Shown in pieces: positions 20,791 to 30,025 of a stretch of 64,000 bases of DNA. The stretch spans positions 32,001 through 96,000 of the forward strand of contig JBMNJG010000004.1 of assembly GCA_050951545.1 (NCBI GenBank), read 5' to 3'. The translations under genes and the position numbers were made by a program. Numbering within the stretch: position 1 is the stretch's first letter; the number at the start of each line of letters is the position of its first letter. The stretch comes from Limnochordia bacterium (lineage in GTDB: Bacteria; Bacillota; Limnochordia; DTU080). The notes beneath the pieces are model-generated. The model saw only the letters and a list, made by a program, of their open reading frames with translations. It was not told the origin of the DNA and did not search any database.

Positions 20791-20935
20791 CCCGTTTTCC
20801 GCCTTAACGGTGTGCTGATCTGAGAGGTGGTATCGAGGATTAGGAAACGCGGAGCAAGTTTATTTTTCCAGGCGGCAGGAAGTCGAGGATAAGTCGCGAA
20901 GTTGTCAGAAAACTCCCGCACAGGGGTGGTTCGCC

Positions 20936-21199
20936 TTGTCTCGTTCGCGTCGATATAGCCCGCCGGAGCCGCCTCCGCGCTTTGCACGGAGACTCAACGC
21001 CATTGGCACTCGTATGAGGATTGTCAAAGAGATCGGTTCTCTCGTTCTCCTCAAGGCCATGGCCGAACGCATGAACATTCGTGGCCTGATTGATGCTCTC
21101 ATACCCATGGAGCGGGAAAGAGGTCTTACGCATGGGCAAGTATTTGAGGCCTGTGTGATCAACCGTTGCCACGCACCAGTCCCTCTTTATGAGATGGAG
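20936..21199 (+). pseudogene. IS1634 transposase, N-terminal fragment (DUF4277-like)
   Basis: IDALIP...LTHGQV...INR...PLYEME. Cut by the IR of the second IS. Confidence 0.8.
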
Positions 21200-23115
21200 G
21201 GTTCACGGAAACTAATGACGGATGTCCCCTCAAGAGTACTAAAAACTGGTATGCGTGGTGAGTAGTGCCCTCCAATCGATCATGAATAGGCGTTGCTTGA
21301 TGCTTTTGGGGGAAATGACCTGATTTTGGGCGCGCTGAATCGGGCCTGATGATGACGTTTTTTCAGGCCTTCCGTAAAATATGACTGCTTTTTTAGGCGG
21401 CAATGGGCAGGATCTGGGTTACCTGCTCAAGAATGGATGCCGCGAAACCTTGTCCTTGCTCGGCTTGTTTGAACCAAGCGTTGAGGTGTTGAACCATGCC
21501 GGCCATGGCGATTTGAATGCAACGTCTGTGTTTGGAGCGAATGCGCGTATGCGCGATATTAAGGTCGGTCTTTTTTCGGCTGTTAGATCGTTCGGAGCCG
21601 GAGCGTTTAGCGTAAAGCTTTTTCCACTCGGCTGAGCCCCGGGGTGGTTGTGTAAAAAGTCTAGGATCATCCTCGGGTTTAGTATAGGTGGTGCGTCCGT
21701 AGGGGGAGTCTGTACAAGCACATTTGGGAGTGTGTTTACCCCTTTTTGCCAACGGGCAAACCCACTTAAAACGGTTGCGACTGGGACATGCGCCATCAAA
21801 GAGCATAGCTAAGCCCTCGGGGCAAATGGGGCGCCCCAGGGCATCGATGGTGATGTCCCCGCGCAACTGTTTTGCACCAAGAGAACGCTTGTTAATGTCA
21901 ATGATTGGTTGTGCACCATGACTAAGAACGTACTGGTAAATGGGCAGCGCATCATGGGCTGCATCGGCCAAGAAGTAAAGGAGTCTGAGCTCCGGATAGA
22001 GTTGAAAAAACTTGTCCAAAGCGACCAAACCGGATACGGCATCGTGGCGCTGGCAGGCAGCAAAAAGTATGTAGCAAGGTAGATCGTGTCCTCCACCCAC
22101 GGAGGTCAATTCGTAAGCGGCATAGCCATAGATATATCGGCCACGATAGGAATCCCAGCCCCAAGACGCGTGGGGATCTGGGAAAGTACGAGCACACTCA
22201 CAGCGGAATATGCCCTTTTTTCGGCAGTCACAGGTTTTGCGTCCTAAAGGATTAGCGCCGCTGGCATATTGGGATCCATCTCCGGAGATGGTAAGCTGTT
22301 GCGGATCGCCGAGCAGTCCCTGCTCGGCAGAGGGAAACACAAAGCACGCCTTTAGCACCTGATTAAGGATGTCTTCGGAATGACGAGCTGCCGAACGACC
22401 CTTGGTAAAACGTTCAGCCAAACGGGCCACGATACCTGGATGACGCGGTGGCTGCTTTTCTCCTTTCTTATATTTCTTGGTGGGTTTTCTACGTAACTTG
22501 CGTGGCTTTTTCCGCTGCTTACGCCGTTGCTGCCGATCCTCGTAATCCCAAAGACGATCGCAGAAATCACGCAGCGTAGATGCTCCCGGAATCTTTCCCG
22601 GTTCGAAGCCAGATAAAACGGCGTACAGCGGCACTTTTTTCATGGTTTGAACCCATTTGTCCGGACTCTCGCATTCTGTAGCGGTCATAAGCAGGAGCGA
22701 ACGGAATAAATCACAAGGATCCCAAGCGGGGCGGCCTTCATCTTGGGCATAAGTATGAAGAACCAAATCGTAGACCGGACTCAAATCGAGGCAAAGAAAA
22801 GCAACGATCCATTTTAGGTCGGAGACGAAAAACGTGCGGCCTATAGCGTTGAGCATGTGTAACCATTTGAACACAAACGACTTGTATTCGGCGTGAGATC
22901 GCGCGGGCAAAAGCATAACCAGCACCTCGGTGTATAGAGGTGAGGAAATTGAAAAAACATTTCCTCCCGCGCCGATTATGAAGGCGTTTGCCCAGAGTCA
23001 AGGGTCGAATGTCCCGAATGTTGAGGGTTTTTAGGGGTGAATTCTGGAGGGAGAAGGAAGAAAGGCATAGCGTCCTATTGCCCGTAGATTAGGGCCTATG
23101 GAGTTTCCGTGAACC
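21200..23115 (-). mobile_element. Insertion sequence (IS5/IS1182-like DDE)
   Basis: 14-bp IRs GGTTCACGGAAACT (21200-21213) and AGTTTCCGTGAACC (23102-23115). No target duplication on its own flanks. Confidence 0.85.
21393..22916 (-). CDS. DDE transposase
   Basis: GRP, GDGS, DPHASWG...YGY, ADAAHD and YAKRSGSERSNSRKK (YxxR...ER) motifs. Confidence 0.88.
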   Translation of the reverse strand: MLLPARSHAEYKSFVFKWLHMLNAIGRTFFVSDLKWIVAFLCLDLSPVYDLVLHTYAQDEGRPAWDPCDLFRSLLLMTATECESPDKWVQTMKKVPLYAVLSGFEPGKIPGASTLRDFCDRLWDYEDRQQRRKQRKKPRKLRRKPTKKYKKGEKQPPRHPGIVARLAERFTKGRSAARHSEDILNQVLKACFVFPSAEQGLLGDPQQLTISGDGSQYASGANPLGRKTCDCRKKGIFRCECARTFPDPHASWGWDSYRGRYIYGYAAYELTSVGGGHDLPCYILFAACQRHDAVSGLVALDKFFQLYPELRLLYFLADAAHDALPIYQYVLSHGAQPIIDINKRSLGAKQLRGDITIDALGRPICPEGLAMLFDGACPSRNRFKWVCPLAKRGKHTPKCACTDSPYGRTTYTKPEDDPRLFTQPPRGSAEWKKLYAKRSGSERSNSRKKTDLNIAHTRIRSKHRRCIQIAMAGMVQHLNAWFKQAEQGQGFAASILEQVTQILPIAA

Positions 23116-23141
23116 ATCTATTAGTACTCTGGAGGGACCTC

Positions 23142-23885
23142 ATGGCACTTTATGATAAGCCCGTGCGGTTACTAATGCATGATTTGATTGCAGACATTGG
23201 ACTACAGCAGGGGCAGGTCCTGACGAGGGAACGCGTCATGACCTGGTTTGCAGAGAAGTACCCGCTGGTAAAGAACTCGACTATATCCGCCCACCTCATC
23301 CGTATGTCTACCAATGCCCGTAGCAGGATGCACTATAGCGCTAAGGCCGGCGAGGACGACCTGCTTTTTCAGTTAGATGGGAGCCGTTTCCGCCTATTTG
23401 ATCCCGCAAGTGACCCCGCACCGATCTATGAAAAGCCGAACGTCTTAAGTCAACTGGATACCGAGCTCGAAGTTGAGTCGTCGATCCCTAGCGAATTTGC
23501 GTACGAGGCGGATCTTCGGGACTTCCTGGCAAAGAACCTGAATCTGGTAGAGGCTGGCCTGCACTTGTACCAAGACGAAGGGATTACTGGAGTGGAATTC
23601 CCTGCCGGTGGGCGGTTTATCGACATCTTAGCCGTGGATGCGGAGGCCAATCTTGTTGTAATTGAACTCAAGGTATCACGGGGATACGATCGTGTAGTCG
23701 GTCAACTCCTCCGTTACATGTCTTGGATCAGGAAGCATCAGGCCGACGAAGGGCAGGGCGTCCGAGGTATCATTGTGGCCCGTGAGCTGTCCGAAGACCT
23801 CCTCTTAGCCTGTACCGGCGTACCAGGCGTCGAGCTTTATGAATACGAGCTTCGCGTTCAGCTTCGTAGGATAAGCGAAGCCTAA
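23142..23885 (+). CDS. NucS/EndoMS-like PD-(D/E)xK endonuclease with N-terminal wHTH-like domain (gene cassette 1)
   Basis: EADLRDFL...IDILAVD...VIELK...GQLLRY motifs. The stop codon lies in the attC R'' box. Confidence 0.85.
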   Translation: MALYDKPVRLLMHDLIADIGLQQGQVLTRERVMTWFAEKYPLVKNSTISAHLIRMSTNARSRMHYSAKAGEDDLLFQLDGSRFRLFDPASDPAPIYEKPNVLSQLDTELEVESSIPSEFAYEADLRDFLAKNLNLVEAGLHLYQDEGITGVEFPAGGRFIDILAVDAEANLVVIELKVSRGYDRVVGQLLRYMSWIRKHQADEGQGVRGIIVARELSEDLLLACTGVPGVELYEYELRVQLRRISEA

Positions 23886-23970
23886 GAAGCGTATCCAGCG
23901 GACGGGTGAAGGTGTGGGTGGTTCTCTCGATGGCAGTGCACGCCGCCGCTGACACGCAAAGACGTTAGAC
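23880..23970 (+). other. Integron attC recombination site
   Basis: GCCTAAG (R'') ... GTTAGAC (R'). Arms GCGTATC[C]AGCGG[A]CGG and CCGCCGCTGACACGC pair with two unpaired bases (G and T on the bottom strand). Confidence 0.8.
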
Positions 23971-23990
23971 CGGCAGGGGAGGTTGACATA

Positions 23991-24533
23991 ATGATTCGAG
24001 CCGAAGACCTTCAGGGGCTCAAGTCCACTGCCCCTGATTATGACGAGACCCAGCGACTGAAGTGGACTTTACACTTACTTCGCGAAACGCGCATCCCATT
24101 CTTTCTTGGGGCTGCCGACCTTGAGCCAATCTTTAAGTGGAAGCTTGGGAGCCAGTACGGACGTGGATTACGGCTAAGATCGATGAACTCAAATGCTGCC
24201 TATCGAATTGCTACCAGGGCGGCGTTTGAAGTGCAAGAGGCTGATTTCGACTATGAGATTGAGCTTCGCTTCGGATTTCTGACGTCTTTGCGGGGAGTAG
24301 GCGTTCCAGTTGCGTCGGCAATTCTGGCTCTCGCCGATCCCGCAAAGTACTGTGTGATTGATTTCCGAGGTTGGAGGGCGCTGTTTGGTGAGCGACGATC
24401 GTCGTTCGACATCGGGCATTACAAGCGATACCTTCGTCGGGTTCGGGAGCTGTCTGTTGAACTTGGCTGGTCACCTCAGGAGACTGACCTGGCAATCTGG
24501 GAATGGGACCGCCGGGTTAACGCTGCGGTTTAA
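23991..24533 (+). CDS. HhH DNA-glycosylase-like hypothetical protein (gene cassette 2)
   Basis: WK motif, LTSLRGVGVPVASAIL helix-hairpin-helix, P...VIDFR aspartate and C-terminal DLAIW. GGAGG RBS just after attC R'. Confidence 0.7.
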   Translation: MIRAEDLQGLKSTAPDYDETQRLKWTLHLLRETRIPFFLGAADLEPIFKWKLGSQYGRGLRLRSMNSNAAYRIATRAAFEVQEADFDYEIELRFGFLTSLRGVGVPVASAILALADPAKYCVIDFRGWRALFGERRSSFDIGHYKRYLRRVRELSVELGWSPQETDLAIWEWDRRVNAAV

Positions 24534-24580
24534 CGGGCCTATCCAGCGGACGGAAGGGAGTAAGTGGTTCAGTTGAAGTC
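24528..24580 (+). other. Truncated attC site (left arm only)
   Basis: GTTTAAC followed by TATCCAGCGGACGG, identical to the left arm of attC1, and a shared GTGGTTC. The right arm is absent. Confidence 0.65.
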
Positions 24581-24585
24581 AGGGT

Positions 24586-24873
24586 GTGCCCGTAGCGGGT
24601 GCACCCTTTTCCGACAAGGCGCAGGAACCGGCGGCCGGCGACGGCTGGGAGCTGATCGACAGTGAAACACTGGGGGAGCGCGTTGTTTTAGCGAAAGACA
24701 GCGAAGCGGCGAAACGAGCGCCTAAAGGTTATGTCACCTATACCGCAAAGGAGATACGCCTTTTGGCAGGTTGTAGCCCTGAAGCCTTGCGGCAGGTACA
24801 CGCAGTGAAACGCCTTATATCCGGCGTGTTGGTGGAGGTTTTGACGAAAGAGGAGGCGACCGCAGGAAGCTGA
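24586..24873 (+). pseudogene. C-terminal fragment of a phage/MGE-type hypothetical protein
   Basis: SETLGERV...YTAKEIRLL...LRQVHAVKRL pattern recalls small prophage replication-region proteins. No good RBS. Confidence 0.35.
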
Positions 24874-25344
24874 CAGTCGGCGCATAGTAGACCGGACTTT
24901 TTGGACGCCCTAAAAGCGGAGCATCAAAGCGAAGCGACCCTCCCCCCCCTGATTGAGCGCCGGGGCGTTTCTGCTGGACCGAAGGCGGGCCCTCCAAAAA
25001 CCCCGGAAGGTTTTTCATACGCGAGGGGGGGTATTTGCGTGTAATTGTGTGCGACCGGGCCGGTGAGACACAACAGACGGCAATTTGATTTTCCGACCAG
25101 TACGCGCGAGGGGATCGGAGGATTCCACACCCCCCGGCATTGCAGAATATCGCGTCTGGATCACCTGACCCACGCCCCCAGCTTTTCACGCGTAAAACTC
25201 GTTTTATGATGCAACTACCAGGCCCCATATGGCCCAATTTTAGGGCGGGGTTACTCAGACAGGAACAAGGGTTTGTTCGCCAAACACTAGAGGGAAAGTA
25301 AGCATTCCTGAGAATTAGAGGAATCCGGAGGTGGATTTTTCACT

Positions 25345-25488
25345 ATGACAAGGAAGTTAGTTTCCGTCGTGCTGGGTATTTTGATTCTGTCGTCTGTTGC
25401 GATGGCCCAGGATAATGCAAAGATATCATTGTTAATCTCGGATCTAGATCGCAATGAGTCACACTTTATGTTGGGACTTGACATGATT
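25345..25488 (+). pseudogene. Secreted protein, N-terminus only, truncated by IS256 end
   Basis: GGAGGT RBS and signal peptide ending AMA. The reading frame runs into the IS256 terminus at 25489. Confidence 0.45.
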
Positions 25489-25944
25489 GGGCCATGTCTT
25501 GTCAAGTGGTGTAATTACAAACTCCAACGCGTCGAGCAAAAACTAGACCGCTACGGCCTAAGCTGGTCCCTTCTGTGTCACAGGCTGATATAACTTGCTC
25601 ATGGATTGTTCACTAAAATACCTTTTACCTGTCATCCAGTCCTCGTGCTGCTCAAGCAGTATCGCCCCGGTAAGTCGTATCGTTGCCGGCCGATTAGGGA
25701 ATATGCCGACCACATCGATACGGCGCCGAATCTCGCGGTTAAGACGCTCCAGGGGATTCGTTGATCTAATCCGCCGCCAATGACTGGGCGGGAAATGCAT
25801 ATGGCTTAACAGGTCTACACGGTGGCTTTTCCTGCCAGGATAGCCTAAGGAAGCCTATTGACGAACGGGCGTTCGGTCACAGTCCCCCTAGGGGGACTGT
25901 CATTTAGCTCCCTCCGCTCTTACACCACTACTTAAGACTCTAAC
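25489..25944. mobile_element. IS256-family remnants
   Basis: Minus-strand HWRRIRSTNPLERLNREIRRR...FPN (25558-25800). TTACACCACT-type right-end motifs occur in opposite orientations near 25489-25515 and 25920-25944. Confidence 0.8.
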
Positions 25945-26221
25945 TCCACCTCCAAGATTGTGTGAAGGCCACGCCTCCGACAAAAGAGGCTAAAACGTTA
26001 GGTAAGCCTCTGTTACCCCCAAGCAACGGATTGCGTTTCCCTTAGGCCCCCTCCCGTCATATTTATCAATCAATGGCCCTAACGAAACGTTAGTCACACA
26101 TTTATTGTTCCATGCCACCACGTGGTTACCTTCACAGCAATATGATCAACACCTTGCCCCTGGCTGGTCTAGAGGTGGACCGACAAATAGGTGGGCACGT
26201 CTCACGACGGTTATTTAAGAC

Positions 26222-26250
26222 TTGACATTTTTTGTGGACGTTCATATAAT
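26222..26250 (+). promoter_or_regulatory. Consensus sigma70 promoter
   Basis: Exact TTGACA-17bp-TATAAT upstream of ATG 26317. Confidence 0.8.
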
Positions 26251-26316
26251 GGCAGCAGATGGAAGATGCCGGGCGCTTACATGCCCGGTATCCAAGCCAG
26301 AACGGAGGGCAAAACC

Positions 26317-27722
26317 ATGACAAGAAAAGTTGATCTTAATTCGGGAAACCCGGCACACGCGATTTCTGTTAAAGATGAAATCACCACCACGCTCATTGGG
26401 ATTGGTTGTCTATGGGTAGATTTTGATGTTTCTATAAGCAGGGGACGCCCCAAAGCCGATGCCGTCGGTTATGTTCCGGGAAGTGACGGCAAAAAAGCTG
26501 CTGCAGTGGTTAGGTTGTCGAAGGATCTAAAGGACGTTAAAGAACCCTTTACACAGGCCGACATCTTAGACGCGGGATATTTCGCCATCACTGATGGGAC
26601 ACGTTGGGCCTGGTACTGCCGCACGAACGGGAAATGGAACCCCCTTGACACCGCACCAGAGTTTTCCCCCGCTGAAGCGCCGCCTAAACCTGACCAAGTA
26701 CGGTCAATCCTATGGCGCTGCATAGATGAACTCCGCGGCATCACCGATAACCCCGAGCTGCATTTGATGCATTTGATTCGGGAAATGAACATGCATGGCT
26801 TCCAGCCCGCCGATGAATCGGAAACAACCTACGGCGCCTGGACGCGTGCCAATTTAAGTCAACATAATAAAACCCGCCTAAACAACGTCAAACGGGTGCT
26901 GCGGAAGGCTCAGCTGGATAAACTCCCCCCCGGGGATCTGTACGAGGCATTATTGAAACCACTGCGAAATAGCAGGCACTCCCTTGAGTCCCTGACGGAC
27001 CCCGATGTTGCGCTAGTTTTAGCGGAACTACTGGATAAGCTCACCCCCCGGAATGAGAACTTTTTAGATCCCGCAGTTGGAGCCGGAAGTGTACTGGCCG
27101 CCCTTTCAATTCGGCGCCCGGATATCTCCATGGTTGGAATCGATCGCGCATCCATTATCGGATTACCCGGTGAAATAATAGCCAGGGCTACCGGCACATC
27201 GGTCAGATTGTTCAAGGGCGATATCCTGGCCACTGATCCCAAAGCACTCGTGGGCGATATGCATCCGAACGGATTTTATACAATCTTTGTCCAGCCACCA
27301 ATAGGCCTGCGCTTGCCCACGGAAGAACTTGGTCGATGGTTCGAATTGGCACAAAATAGATCAACGGCTTTTTCTGAGTCCTTGTTTCTGGAAACCGCTT
27401 TATCGGCGCTTCGCCCAGGTGGTTACCTTGTCGCGCTTATGCCCACCTCCATCTTGTTTCGCCAATCAGATGCCCCGACGCGTCAATATCTGCTGCAAGA
27501 ATCCTATCCGGAACTGATAGCCGAATTCCCGTCGCTATTCTCGGCACCGGTGTTTCAAGCGCCCTTCTTGTCCTGAGAAAAAAAGGCCCCGAAATTACCC
27601 CCGGCTCCGAGGTTCTAATGGCCACGAGAGCGGACGATCCGAAAGACAATGCCATCCAAGCCCTACGTGAAGTAGTTGACGCCTTTCTGACCAACCTTGA
27701 ATCAACGAAAGAGGGGGCGTAA
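26317..27722 (+). pseudogene. N6-adenine methyltransferase-like protein with HsdR-N-like nuclease domain, frameshifted near 27540
   Basis: KADAV...AITDG N-domain, FLDPAVGAGS motif I, QPPI at motif IV, LRPGG...MP. Continues in another frame as GTGVSSALLVLRK to stop 27722. Confidence 0.72.
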
Positions 27723-27724
27723 CG

Positions 27725-28378
27725 GTGTCTATTTTTACGGTCCCGCTTGAACAGATTCTGCAAAGTGATACCAACCTAAGACCGGGATCTTTTTACGCCG
27801 ATAAGATCCGCCCTTCTTACGCGGCGCATACGCTTGGTCAAGTAGCCAAGATAGTGACTTCACCTGGAAGTACCGATGAACTTATTCAAAGGGGCCTCCC
27901 CTATGTAGACATATCCTCCATCGATGTAGAGGCGGGCTTATTGAAGGATCTGCATACCTTGGATTCTTCCGCCCCCCCGGCCCGCGCTCGTCATGTGGCC
28001 CAATCCGGTGATCTGCTTGTATCCATGGTACGGCCTGGACGTGGTGCTGTAGCCGTTGTCCCCTCCTCTTTAAAGCAACTGATCGTTTCCAACGCCGTAG
28101 CCGTTGTGCGCCCGCACCCTTCCGTCCCGGTTACCGCGCTATGGGCTTGGTTGCGCTCAGTGCAAATGCAAAACTGGTTCGGCGCCGTTGCCCCACAGGT
28201 TGTAATGCCGCGCATTTCGTTAGGTGACGTGCACCTCATTCCCGTCCCTAAGACCATACCATCGTCAATCAAAGCGCTAGATAAGGGCATTCGTGATTTG
28301 ATAAACGAACTGGCCACTATTGAACCTAAATCCCCATGGACCCTTTGCCATCACTTCCGCAAGGGACTTGCCGGGTAA
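27725..28378 (+). pseudogene. HsdS-like specificity subunit, single TRD, 3'-truncated
   Basis: LGQVA, YVDISSID, RAR...GDLLVSMVRP, SNAVAV and PRIS...IPVP motifs. Collides with the hsdR fragment near 28335. Confidence 0.72.
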
Positions 28379-28748
28379 TGATCAGGCGATTTTTGTTATA
28401 CAGGGCCATGATCTCAGGATTCAATCCGTGGGCCGGGGCAAAATAAGCGAGGCGAATCAACTTGCCATAGAACTTGATCCCGTGCCTTATAACATCAAGC
28501 GTCCCGCGATAGTCGAGCGTTTTGATTAGCTCGTCAACGACCGCCCTTTCAAGGCTTCCCTTGTGATAGCGCGACAGCTCTTGCCATAGATCGGTCTGGG
28601 TATCTTTGATAAAGCCGATCACTTGTGACGCGTCAAGACCCATGCCCGTATCGAAGCGGGCCGGATCGCCTTTGATGTAACCGCCTTGTTTAAGCAGGTG
28701 ATCTTCGATGGCGCGCTCAAAGGCTATTTCCCTGTGGTCTGAAGGCAT
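28326..28748 (-). pseudogene. hsdR: Type I restriction subunit R, N-terminal fragment
   Basis: EIAFERAIE...GTLDVIRHG...LAYFAPAHGLNP...NRLIITRQV, then abrupt end. Confidence 0.85.
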
Positions 28749-30025
28749 GCCGATACCTCCTCCCGCACGTCGATTTTACCTGTGACCGCCGCTGTGATGA
28801 GCGCCTGGCGATATTCCTGAAGGCTTGCTATTTGCCTTCCTATTATTTCGGCCAGTTCGTCGGTCGTTTGTACCCAAACCGACGCACACTGACAAATATC
28901 GGCTTGTTCCGCCACCGGCGGAACAGGTACCCGGATTTTTGCCATCACGCCGTTCATAAGTTTGGGGTTTATATCGTGCCTCACAAATGGCCCAGTTGCC
29001 TGGTTCAACACATGATGATAATAATCGAGTTCTGTGTCCCGTTTGATTGGGGACATGGTACCGCATACATTTGTGCAGTTGAACTTGCCCTGCCGCGAAA
29101 ACACTGTGCCTGCGTTAGCTCCATCTGTAGTCCAGGTCAGGAACGCTCCTTCAAAATCAAAAGTGTCTATAGATCCCATAACCCCGTCGTTTTCCGTCTG
29201 GGAGGAATATACCGGGTAAGGACCCGGGCGATTCTGTATCTCCAAGGCGCTTATTACTCTACCTCTCCCTAAACGAAAAAGCGTCCAGACTGGGGCGATA
29301 TCCCAATGCGCCGGTATTTCCCCCAACCACTCAACCCCTGAATCCTTTATGGGCACATTAGGATCGAGCCCTTTGGTGACAGCCTGGGTGATCATGGCCT
29401 GGCGCTTCTCCTCCAAAAGCTCGATGAGACGCTGTTTCTTGGCGATAAGGGCGTCGATGGCGGTGGTCTTCGCGTCCAAAAATGACAAAATCGAATCTTG
29501 CTCGCTCGGTGAAGGCAAGGGAATTCGCATAGCCCCGAGCTTTTCGCCAGTCAGATGTGCAATTGTCGCCTTGTTACACAGCACCTCGAACCAGCCACTT
29601 TGGCGGGCAACGCGTAAAAGATACATCAAGAATCGGTTTCTGCCAATGGATGTACTGCGTACCCTATGTAAGGCGTTTTGAATAATACATGGGCCCTCAA
29701 TCTCGGAGGATAGAATGGCTGCCCGGCCAACTTCACCGCCCTCCAGAACAATCAGGTCACCCCGCCGTATCCCGTACTTTTCTAGATCACGACAATTGAC
29801 CCACATGAGAGGAAGATCGGCTGTATTGATGCCATCCCATTGAACGTGGACAGCCCTTAGATATGGCACCGATATATCATCTTCACCCAGCGGACTGTTT
29901 TGCAGCATCTTACCTAACTGAATTTCATAGGCCCTTTTGATATACGTTATGCCCCAACGCTTCGATATCGCCCCCAACCATTCCACGCCCGAATCCTTCA
30001 TCTCATGCTCTTCGCGCCATCTCAT
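28724..30025 (-). CDS. hsdS: Type I restriction-modification specificity subunit
   Basis: Two TRDs, KDSGVEWLG repeats, PSPSEQ/PPVAEQ and ALITAAVTGKID motifs. Confidence 0.93.
   Translation of the reverse strand: MRWREEHEMKDSGVEWLGAISKRWGITYIKRAYEIQLGKMLQNSPLGEDDISVPYLRAVHVQWDGINTADLPLMWVNCRDLEKYGIRRGDLIVLEGGEVGRAAILSSEIEGPCIIQNALHRVRSTSIGRNRFLMYLLRVARQSGWFEVLCNKATIAHLTGEKLGAMRIPLPSPSEQDSILSFLDAKTTAIDALIAKKQRLIELLEEKRQAMITQAVTKGLDPNVPIKDSGVEWLGEIPAHWDIAPVWTLFRLGRGRVISALEIQNRPGPYPVYSSQTENDGVMGSIDTFDFEGAFLTWTTDGANAGTVFSRQGKFNCTNVCGTMSPIKRDTELDYYHHVLNQATGPFVRHDINPKLMNGVMAKIRVPVPPVAEQADICQCASVWVQTTDELAEIIGRQIASLQEYRQALITAAVTGKIDVREEVSACLQTTGK

Noticed and set aside
25489-25944. Intact IS256-derived MITE
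   Set aside because: Both ends look like right ends from different copies and the flanks (ACATGATT vs TCCACCTC) are not duplicated.
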